Positions 53,001-64,000 of a stretch of 64,000 bases of DNA are shown piece after piece. A model generated the notes under the pieces. It was not told where the DNA came from. It did no database searches and saw nothing but the letters and a program-made list of their open reading frames with translations. The stretch lies in the NCBI GenBank assembly GCA_016748015.1, contig JAAOMT010000258.1, positions 64,173 to 128,172 of the forward strand. The letters run 5' to 3'. The stretch's first letter is position 1. Each line of letters opens with the position of its first letter. Position numbers and translations under genes: made by a program. The stretch is from Geosiphon pyriformis uo1 (taxonomy: Eukaryota > Fungi > Glomeromycota).

Positions 53001-56000
53001 AAATTGTAAATAAAGTTATAATTTAAAAATTTTATTTTATTATAATATAAACATAAAACACTAAGATATTTTTGTTATACAATTTTTTTATATAGTACTG
53101 GATAATTTTTTATATAAAAATTTATTATATAGATATATAATTTAGTTATAGTTTTGTTAATATATTTAATAACTATATGTAAATTAAAATACCAAATTAA
53201 AACAATCAAATACCAATTAATATTCTTAATAAATAAAAAATTTATAATTTTAAAACTTAAATTAATTTTTTATTAAATTTATTTAATCATATTATTTATT
53301 AATTTAATTAAATAATAAGTATTACCAAAACAATTTTACTATTAGTTATTAAGAATTTTTTTTAATATTAACTATTTTATAAAAATATTTTTATTTTTAA
53401 TTAAATTAACAATATAATAATATTTTATTTAATAATTATTACAAAAATTAAGCACAATTAACTTTAATTTAGCTTAGCAAGCATCTAAAAAAGCCTGGTT
53501 GTTTAAAAAAACCATAATTTTAATGGATATTAAAATATATTCAAAAATTAAAACAATAATTTATAATTTAGCCAAAGTTAAAAACAACAAACCATAAATT
53601 TTTATGTCTATATTTATATATAAATTTAAAAAATAAGCTGTTATATTATTAATAGCACTAAAAAAGCCAATTAAATTATTTATATAAACAAAAATCTTAG
53701 AAAAAATTATTTTTTTTAAACCAAAATAAATAATTTTGAAATTATTTATATTTAAAATATTTATTTTAAACAAACAATAAAAAAATATGAAATTTTTTTA
53801 ACTGAATTATTATTTATAATAAAATCTAAAATATATATAGTCCAAAAAAAAACAAAATTTCTGAAATTCAATTGTTTTTAATAATAAAATTTTTTTTAAA
53901 TAAAACAGTTATTGTAACTATTCAAAAACTAATTAGTAAATACAATATCAAACTGCTTAAAAAATTTTACAATTCTAAAATATTTTAAATAATTTAAAAC
54001 ATTTATAATAAAAACATTTTTTTAAGACAAAAAATATTGAATAAATTATTAAATAAAAACAATTTATTATCTAAAAAATTCTTATAATATTAATTAAAAA
54101 ATTATTTAAAAAATCAATTTTTAAATTAACTACAAATTAAAGTAAATTTTAAGAAACTTAATTTAATATTTGTAAATTTAATAATTTGTATTTAAACAAT
54201 TTATTAAAAATACTACTTATATTAGCAAAGTTTTTAACAGAAGCCAACTTTTTTTTAACTTAAATTTAAATAAAATATTTTAAATTATATAATAATAGAT
54301 AATATATTGTTTTATTTAAAAAAATTTTTTACAAATTAATTTTAAACTTTAATTTTTTGATTAATCAATTTTATTTTTTTCACATTTTTATTAATAAAGC
54401 TAAACTGAATTTTGTAATTAATAATAGATTACAAAACCAAAACCAAATATAAAAACTGTTTATTAAAAATTATTTTTTGTAAAACTATAAATGAAAAAAA
54501 CTTTATATTATTACAGATAAATTTTTTAAGTAAATTAATAGTTTTGTAACTTGGTATTTAGATTGATAATTGTTCTAATTTAAGAGTATTTTATATATAA
54601 ACAAAAAGTTAATATATAGTTTTTTAGTATAATAACTGATTTATTCTAATATTTATATATTTTTAAGAAGCAATTCTAGTTTTATGATTATATTATATTT
54701 TTTTCTGATATTTTTTACTAAATAATTTTTAATATTGTAATTTTAGTATTTTTAATTAATTAATTAGTAAAACAAAAAAAATAAATAAAAAATAAATAAA
54801 TAAATAAAATAGAAATTAGTATTTTATTAATAATTATAATTAAAAACTATTGTTTTAATATTGTTAAATCAATTTAATTAATGCTAATAATATTAATATA
54901 AACAATATTAAAATTTTAATAAAATAAGTTTGAATTTATGAATTAATTAATTTAAATATAATTAATTAATATATTTTATTAAAATAATTATAGTTTAAAT
55001 AAAAGTAATTATAAAAAATTAGACTAGTCTTTAAGTAAGCTTGTTTGTTTTTTAGATGTTATTTTTAGCTTTATAAATTTTTATAATTTTTTTGAATTAT
55101 TATTAAAATTCTAATATTATAACTTATAATAATTTTTTATTTTACAATTGACTATTTATATTATTATTATTATTTATTTTTTATATAAATAATAATTTTT
55201 TTTAATATTAAGCTTTAGTAAAATTTTATATGTTATTTTTTAAATAAGTTTAAGTACTTTTTTTTTATTATGGCTTTAAAAACTTTAGTTTTTAGTTTTT
55301 CAAATTGTGAATTGGTTATTTTTTTAAACTGATTTATTGTTAAGTTTTCTATAATTAAATATAATAGTATTCTATTATATTTATAAAAAATTATATATAA
55401 TTAATATATTATTTTTAAATGAATTATTAAGTTGTTTTTTTTAATAAAATATTCTATTTGTTGTATTGTTTTATTGTTAAATACTTTTTTGAATCTATTT
55501 ATATACAAAGTCAAAATATTTAATTATTGTTTCAAATAATAATAGTAATATATTATTTAAAACTGTTTTTTTCAACTTTTTTAGTCTTATTTTATTAGTT
55601 TTTTTGGTTAAACAATTGTTAATAAGTTTCTGAAATTTTTTTTTCTTTTTTAATAATTTTTTATATAATTATTTACTTGTTTTTAAGATTTTTTATATAA
55701 AGTTTTATTATTTGTTTTTGCTTTTTGAGTGTATTTATAACACATTTTTTGACTGTTAACTATTATTTTTATGTTTAAATCTTTGGTTTTTAATAATTAA
55801 AATAGTTATTAAGCTATTAAGTAAATATTATTTGTAATTTCTATTTTTATTATTTATTTTTAACATATTTTAGTTGTATTTATAAAAATTTTTTAACTTT
55901 ATAACATATTAGTTTTAATAATAATAATTAATTCTAAATCTTATGAAATTTTATCTAATTTAATCAATATTTTTTGTGTTTTTAATTGTGATATATTGAG

Positions 56001-56871
56001 TATTATTAATATTTTAATATAATATAGTTTTAATTAATTACTATATACTGTTTTAATTAAAATTTTGTTTTTTAGCTATAATTTGTATAATCTATTTTCA
56101 ATAATAAATGGCTTATTCTACTTTAGATTAAAATTTTTACTTTATTGTTTTTTTGTTTTTAATCTTAAATTTAACTGATTTATTTAACAATTTATTATTA
56201 TGTTTTTTTATAATTTTTTAATATGATTAATTGTTTTTTTATTTTTCAAAGTTTTTATTAAGTTATATATCTGTTTTAACAATGTTTTTTGAAATATGTC
56301 TTTTGTTATTGGTTTTGTTAAATATGTTGTTATTTTTTTTATTAATAATATTGCTGTTTTATTATATACTAATTCAAATAGTATTATTTAAATAATATCT
56401 TATATTATTGTTTAATAAGTAAATAATACTAATAATATGAACAAATTTTATTTTTTTTGATTTTCTTAACTAATCTTAACTAATACTTTGTATAATATTT
56501 TATTAAATCTTTTAATTAAGTCATTTGTTTATAAATAATATAATAATAATAACAATTTTTTTAGTTCAATTTTTGGCTTAATTTTGCTAATATTTTGTTT
56601 AAAAAATAGATTTTTTAATTTAATAATAGTTTTTTGGATTTTTATATTAATATATTAAGTTTAATAAATAAATTTTGCTATTAATTTAGTATTAACTTTT
56701 TAAATAATTTTAGCTATTTAATAAAATAATCTATAATAATAGCAATATATCTATTTTTTAATTATTATTGATAATAATTCAATCAAGTTAATTTTAATTT
56801 AATCAGATAATAGTTTTATTTTAATTAGTTTTAGTGATTTATTTGGTTTTATTTTTCTTTTTTTTGACATA

Positions 56872-57464
56872 CAGAGAGTGTCTAAAAGTTTCTGAACAAA
56901 CTTTGAAGTAACATTCCACATGCTTGAATAATTAGAAAAGCACAAGTTTATTATTAAATTAAGTTAGTTAATGTTTTTTATTTTTTAAACACGTGTTTAT
57001 AATGTTTTTTTGTGATGCGCATAATCGATTTTATTCATACTTGTTTTTTTATAAAAATGAAATATAACATGCATATAAGATTTTTTTGTTGTTTTTATTA
57101 AAATGAAATGGGAGCAAAAAAAGAATTAATAATTGCTCAACATAATACTATATGCTTATTATAACAGCATGGCAAGAAATATCATAATATTGCTAACATA
57201 GTCAATTGCAGCTTGACAACAGTTTTGGATACGATAAAACAATTTAAAAAAACTGGTTTAATTGATTCAAAACCTCGTTCAGGATGTCCACGTTTATTTA
57301 CTCACCAAAAATATTGCCAAATTAAATATTTAATAACACTTAATAGAAAAATTTAGAAAATTTCTATAAAATTATAAATATGTTGTTTATTTTGTTTTAT
57401 TTTATAAAAAAATAAATATTATTGTTAAATAAAATCTTGTTCGGAAACTTTTGGACACCCTCTG
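56872..57464 (+). mobile_element. Non-autonomous Tc1/mariner element (593 bp)
   Basis: 28-bp TIRs CAGAGGGTGTCCAAAAGTTTCCGAACAA (3 transition mismatches); TA duplication at 56870-71 / 57465-66. Confidence 0.92.
57108..57356 (+). pseudogene. Tc1 transposase N-terminal DNA-binding (HTH + GRPR) remnant
   Basis: MGAKKELIIAQHNTICLL*QHGKKYHNIANIVNCSLTTVLDTIKQFKKTGLIDSKPRSGCPRLFT; no DDE domain. Confidence 0.85.
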
Positions 57465-60400
57465 TATATTACAATTTTAAATATATTGTTTTATGTTTAA
57501 GTATATTATTAATCAATAATATTGTTTTTTTGTTTTTTTCAATATTAATTTTTAATTAAAATACTTTGCTATTAGATCTAAATATATGTTAAACAATATT
57601 GTTTTTTTTGTTTTCTTATTACTCTTAATAAACTGTTTAATTTTTTTTGATAAAATATATTTTAGTAATTAAAATATGTCTAATTTGTTAATATATTCTA
57701 TTTTGTTTATTTTGAGATAATTTTTTCTTAAACTATTTAGTAATAATATAATATAATAATTATTAATAGTTTTTATTGTTGTTTTTATTTCTATAACTGT
57801 CTTATTTGTAACAAGTTATTAGCATTTTTTTTGTTTTTATAGTGAATTTTGTATTTGAAAAATAAAAAAACTGTTTTTTATTTGATAATTCTAATATTAA
57901 CTAATTTTTTTTTGGTAAAAATGTTAGCCCTTTATAATTAATGTAAATATTAAATTTTTAGTGTAAATATTTTTTTTTTTATGATAATCTAAGTATTTTA
58001 ATATAGAATTCTATAATTTTTTTTAATTAAACTTAAGTTTTGACTAATATATACTATTAAATATTCTTATTTATCTGATTTGTATTGTAATAATATTGTT
58101 TTTAGTATTATTTTAAATTTATTTATAACAATTATAAATTATTTACTATAATTTAGATATCTGTTTATTTATTTTTAGCTTAAAATTAATAAAATAGTTA
58201 ATTAATTATTAAAAAATTTTTAATAAATTATCAGTAGTATTTAACTAGTTTCAGAAAACTTTTTAGTTCTGTTAAGTTTTGAAATTTTTCAAAGTTTTTA
58301 ACTATTTTAATTTTGTTTGAATTGAATTTAATGTTTTTTTTCTGATTATATGTTCTAAAAATTTGAGTTTTCTTTTTCTAAAAAAGTATTTGTTGATATT
58401 TAACTTTAATTTAGTAGATTAGAGCCTTTTAAATATTTATTGTAAATAATAAAAATGTTTATTAAATGTTTTTAAAAACATATTGATATTATTTAAATAA
58501 ACAATTATTAATTTTTATAATATGTTAAAATACATAATTTTTATTAAATATTAAAATATAATAGATGTATTCATTAAACCAAATAGTATCATTTCAAATT
58601 TAAAGTTTTTTTCTTTATTATTTGAATTTATGACTATTGTTTAAGTTTAATGTGGAAAATTATTTATTTATACCAAATAAATTAAACAATTTTAAATTAA
58701 TATTATTAAATAGCTATTATTGTAAGTAATATTATTAAGCTTGTAATAATTTATACAAAATCGAATTTGTTAAGTTAATACTATTAATAAAAATTATAGA
58801 CTTATAAACAGCTAAATTAATTTACTATTTAATATTTAATTAATTTTTTTTCATATAATATTATAGTTAATTGGTAATATTTAATATGCTTTTTGTTTAA
58901 TTAACTTAATATTTTTAGTTTTGATTTTGTGCTAAATAATATCTGTTTTTTTAAACTTATTTTTACTTGTATAAATATTAGTATATTATTTAAACAATAC
59001 TTGTAATTATATTTTTTGCAATTAATTTAAGTTTATTTGTTTTAATTATTTTGATTAAAGCAAATAATAATTACTTTTATAAACCTAAATTTGTGATGTA
59101 AAATTTATATATTTACATAATTAATTGAAATTTTATATGTTAAATAATAGTTGGTTTTCAATTTTTAGACTTAAATATTTAATAATAATATTTGCTAGAA
59201 TTTTTACATAATTTTTTGTGTTGTTAAGAATTGAAATTTTGATATTTTTGTGGTTTTTGGCAGATATATATAAGTTAATAATAACAATAATTTTATTTTG
59301 ACATATTTTTGGTTTTGTTTTAAAGATTTGAAATTGGTTCTTAATTTTTTTGGGTATTTTTAACAAATATTTACAGTATAATAAGATAAAAATAACATAA
59401 TTAATAAAAATAATTTTTTTTTAATTAATAATTTTTTCTGTTATGTTAATAAATATATTAATTTTTCTAGTTAATCTGAATTCAACTATAAAAATATAGC
59501 TTATATTATTTTTTTGATTTTATTTTATAGATTTTATTTAAATTATATTATAATATAATCATGATATTTTTTACATATTTAGCATTAATTATTTTTTTTT
59601 ACAGTAAATTTTTCTTGTTAAATTAGATTTAAACACTAATTAAACTATAATTATTGTTAAAATTTTTAATATTAACTTTAAATCTATATTAATAAAAAAA
59701 CAAAGTTCTAAAATTATAAGAACTTGTTTTAGATATTTGAGATTAAATTTAGTATTTGTTTTATGTGCTTGTTTGAACATAATGTTTTTATTGTTTTTAC
59801 TAAATTTTTAAAGTTTTTGTTTTTTTAATAAATTAAAAAGTGTAATATATTGTTTAATTTTAAAAGTAATATTTAAATTCTTATCAAATTTAAAAATAAT
59901 GTTTTGATTAAAATTAAGCTCTAATTTTAATTTTTTGGCTTTATTAATTGGCTTATTAATCTTAGAAATTAAATAAATAATATGTAATAATAGATTGTAA
60001 ACAAAGTTATAATTATTATAATATTTAAATTAACATAAAATAAGACAATATTTACAAAACTTAATATTTAAGTTAGTAAATTATTGTTCTTGTTTTTTTT
60101 TATTGGTATTAGTACTAAGTGAATTTTATTAAACTTTATTGAATTGTTAAGTATTATGAAAAACAAGTCTTAAACAGATTTTTTAAATGATATATTTTTA
60201 ATTATATGTATTTTTTTTATAATGCTATTATATTTGACAGTTGTTATTCTCTAAATTTTATACTTATTATATAAATAACTATTTAAATAAGTATATGTAT
60301 AATTATAAATTGCTTGAATTAAAATATTTTTTTTATTCAGTTATAAATAAAAATTATGTATTAATACAATTATCACATATTTTTTCTTTTTTTAAAATAT

Positions 60401-60639
60401 TGTTCTATATTTTTTTGTTAAAAAAAGTTTTTTTTACAAGTTAAACAAAACTCATTGTTTTACTTTTTTTGTTATTTTGGTTTGTTAAATTATTTTAAGA
60501 TGTATAAACAACAATAATATTTGGTTGTTATTAGACATTTTTTATTATTATTACAATAAATATTTATTAACAAGAGTTTTTTCATAGTCAATACAAATAA
60601 GCTTTAACTATTGTTATAGAGTGGTTTTTTGGTATATTA

Positions 60640-63000
60640 AATATTATTATTCTATTAAATTGTAATTAGTCTTTTATAAATTTCTTAATTTTATTTTTGA
60701 TATTATATTAAAAACTTTTTTTTAAGATTATAATATAAATTATTTTTTAATTTTAATTTTTATATATATTTATGTATTTCTTTTTAAAAACTAACTTAAA
60801 TTTACTTACTATATTAAAGTCTTCTTTAAGATTATTCTTGCAATTGTCTAAAGTGTTTTTTTAATTTAAAAATACAAAATATTAATAATTTTTATTACTT
60901 TTTTTAATTTCTACAATAAAGTTTTTTATTAATTAATAATAACATAAATAATCTTGATCAGAAATTATTTTTTAAAAATTCAGCTGCTAAATAATAATTT
61001 TATTTAGCAAATAACACAAATAAATTTTTTAATATTTTGATTATAATAATTCAATTTTCAATATTTTTTTATTTTTTTTAATTAATAGTTTCTGTAAATA
61101 TTTATTTAAAAATAAAAACTAAAAAATAATTAAAATTAAAAATTAAAAACTGACAAGATTAAACTGTTAAATAAATTATTGTTTTTCTCAATATTAAAGT
61201 TAATATATATATACATATTTGTAGTTCTATAAGAAAATATATTGTAATATTTTTTTTTATATCTTAATCTGATATTTATTATTATTGTAAACTAGTACTT
61301 ATTACTATTGTAAATAATACTTGTTACTATATTAATTTTTTTTAAAAAAATTATTACTATGTTATATTGCGATTAGATAATTTGTATTATTTTTATAATT
61401 TTTTTGCTTAATTTTTGAATTATAATAATATTTTTTTTTAAAAAATTGAGTTCTGTTAAAATTAAAATTAAATTTTTATTGAATTTTAAGTTGTTATAGT
61501 AATTTAATACTGTATTATTAACTTATTATTATAATTTTTAAAATTGTAAATTATTAAGTTATTTTATATTATTAATAATTATTATATTTATAATTAAATT
61601 TAATAATATTTTATAATAGTTTTTAAATATTTTATAATAATTTTTAAATATTTTAAAAATGCTTTTAGATAAAATATACTATTTAGTTTTTTCAATAAAA
61701 CTTTTTAATTAATAGATTGTTTTATTATTAATATATTATTCAATATTATTTTTAATTTTTTAATAATTTTGTTAATAAATTTGTTATTGTATTTAGTAAT
61801 AATAGTATATGGCTCAAAATTAATTTTTTTTTGTTTTTGGGCTTTTTATTTTTTTTTTATATATGTTATTTTAGAGCTATTAATTATAATTTTTAGATCT
61901 AAATTTAATTATTAAGTTATATTATTAATGTTTTTTGGAATAAGTGTTATTGTTTTAAATTTTAATTGCTGTTTTAAATTTTTTTATATAAGTTTTTATG
62001 TTTGCTAAATTGTTTTTGATGTGATTTAAAATTAATTATTTTTTGAATAATATTTAATTAAAACTATTAATATCAAATCTTGTAAAATTTAATTTAATGT
62101 GTTTTAATTTTAAGTATTTATATTATTATTATTAGTTTATTGTAATATAATTTTAGTTAATTATTATATACTGCTTTTTTTAATATTTTTTATTTAATTT
62201 TAACTTATATATTCTATTTTCAAGTATTTTATAAATATAAAATAATTTATTTTATTTGTAATTAAACTTTTTACTTTAATGTTTTTTAGTTTCAATATAA
62301 TACAACAATACTTTGTCTTTAATTTATTACTAGTTATATTATCTAATAATTGAATATTTTATTTATTTTTTATTTTTATAATTGTTTAATATTTTGTTTT
62401 AATATTCTATATACTAATAGTACTATTAATATTATTAAATCTTATTTTTTTATGTTTATTGCTAATTTTGATTAATAATTTGCATAATATATAATTGAAT
62501 TATTTAATTAATTTATTTATTTATAAATAATATAATAATAATAATAATAATTTAATTATTATATATTATTTACAAAATATGTATATCAATTTTTATAAAT
62601 ATTTATATTAGCAAATTAAATTTTTATGCATAAATTAAGCTACTAAAATAGCATTAGCTGTTTTAATCTTTAATTTTTAGTTATTTAATAAGATAGTTTA
62701 TTATTATTATAAAATAATAATTGTTTTTTATTGTTATTAATAATAATCTAATTAAATTAATTCTAATTTTGTTAAATGATTATTTAATTTTTATTGGTTT
62801 TAATAATTTAGTTGTTTTTGTTTTACTTTTTATTAACATAAATAACAATTTTTTATGTATTAAATTATATTTGAATTTATTTTAAGCTAATAATAATAGC
62901 TAATTATATATTAAATAATTGCTACTTTTCTAAAATATCTTAAATAAATATCTAAATACATATTAAATAAAATAGTTTTTTTTATTTATAATTATAACTC
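60640..63000 (-). mobile_element. Gypsy F: very decayed 3' LTR (to ~61430), extra ORF and integrase
   Basis: tatatatacatattt TATA remnant at ~61205; PPT/ORF-end motif aattgagttctgttaaaatt at ~61445; integrase C-terminal match near 62300-62420. Boundaries are approximate. Confidence 0.55.
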
Positions 63001-63064
63001 TTAATAAATTATCTAAATTTTGTTAATTTTAATAATAAAATAAAATTTTCAAGAAAAAATATTG

Positions 63065-64000
63065 AAAAAAAAAATTTTTTTCTTGTCAATTCCCTGACCA
63101 CGAAAAGAGTATTTGTATTGCCAAAGATTTAGCTTTTTTCTTTCTCTTTTCTTCTTGTTATCTTTAGTTATTTCTTCTAATATACTCAATTTTGTTATGA
63201 TAAAACCAGTAGGCTCTTCTGCTGGTGGTTTTGGTACTGGTTCAACTGGATTGAGATCCCAGTCTGAAACTAAAAAGAAAGTGTGAGTTGAGAATATATA
63301 TGTTCAGAATCTTTTATACAAAAAAAAATCAAAAAAACCTAATATTACTGGAATTATGGTGAACTCATTGGCTGGACTTTTTCCTGAACATGTTTTACAG
63401 ACAGACTATAGTGAATACAAAATGTCTTAGAGTAATGAGGTTGAAAATGCCAACATTAGTGGAATGTTTAACATTGAGAACATAGACAACATGGTGGCTA
63501 AAAAGACTAGTTATATAGATTCCAATATTTCTGAAACTGATGACATGGTGGATGATATGACTCCTAGAAAAATGCGAACAAGAACCTATGTTTTAAGACT
63601 GTCACTGAAAACACCCTTTTTTAAAAACTTGAGTAATAACAATGCTGAGTTGGTGCTTCCTAAGTTCAAATTTGCTGGGTCCAATCAGTTACCATTAGTC
63701 AAATCACATATTCTAGAGAGACATAGCTTCAAGCCAGTTAGATTATTTGCTTTGAATGTGGAGTTGACTGCTGTGCCTGAAAAAACTAATGGCAATAAAT
63801 TAATTTCAATCAAAAAAAATTTTTATAAAATTGATGGTTTTAGAGAAGCTTCTACTCCTTCAAAATTTTTAAGAATTATTAGAGTTTCATTTACTTCTGA
63901 ATTTAGTATAAATAAGGCAAAAGAATTGGTGATCTGTGAAAAAATTATTGTTAATAATGATTTAAAAAAGGTAAATAGTCATACAGATAAGAAAATTGTT
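63065..64000 (+). mobile_element. LINE-c 5'UTR and ORF1 N-terminus (runs off the right edge)
   Basis: 5'UTR motif tcttgt..tgaccac..gagtatt is shared with LINE-a and LINE-b. ORF1 from ~63197 reads MIKPVGSSAGGFG...LFALNVELTAVP...KKIFYKIDGF..ASTPSKF. Confidence 0.88.

Larger units (their letters stand above)
35400..54508 (-). mobile_element. LINE-d: old LINE 3' half (35400-35932 plus 52956-54508), split by LINE-b and interrupted by Gypsy E
   Basis: 35490-35930 aligns with LINE-a ~1330-1790; 52980-53130 continues with LINE-a 1830-1990; an RNase H remnant lies at 53570-53640. Confidence 0.75.
54509..60640 (-). mobile_element. Gypsy E: heavily AT-eroded element (3' LTR ~54509-55194, extra ORF, IN, RH, RT, dUTPase, Cys-rich region)
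   Basis: LTR start tattacag...tgtaacttggt preceded by ATAT; colinear with D 38800-43140 after transitions. The right boundary is approximate. Confidence 0.8.

Overview
A eukaryotic, very AT-rich, repeat-dense window: a nested transposon cluster around one CpG-retaining host-gene island (~29.8-33.2 kb). The element types and the short predicted intron suggest an early-diverging fungus; the proteins remind me of Glomeromycotina/Geosiphon-type repeats (recollection, unverified). Reconstruction: (1) LINE-a, a full-length ~6.84 kb APE-RT-RNaseH LINE on the minus strand (1234-28641, candidate 12-bp TSD), is split by two Ty3/Gypsy elements, A (3130-13552, minus) and B (17066-27203, plus, best preserved). 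A carries a truncated third element, C (7846-10778), and an internal deletion. (2) A gapped and probably mis-scaffolded gene encodes an acidic hexapeptide-repeat protein with a basic C-terminus. (3) An old LINE-d holds LINE-b (~6.86 kb, itself holding Gypsy D at 36866-47020) and Gypsy E. E holds a 593-bp Tc1-like element and abuts Gypsy F. The 5' end of LINE-c closes the window. The Gypsy family has 4-bp RYRY TSDs, a single Gag-PR-Cys-rich-dUTPase-RT-RH-IN frame with an AUG-less N-terminal extension, no chromodomain and a conserved extra 3' ORF. Its LTRs carry family-specific tandem arrays between CCAAT and TATA, and conserved hairpins, including two tRNA-3'-end mimics flanking the PBS. All TE copies are pseudogenised, mostly by C>T/G>A transitions in CpG and non-CpG contexts (RIP-like). 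No rRNA, tRNA or CRISPR was found.
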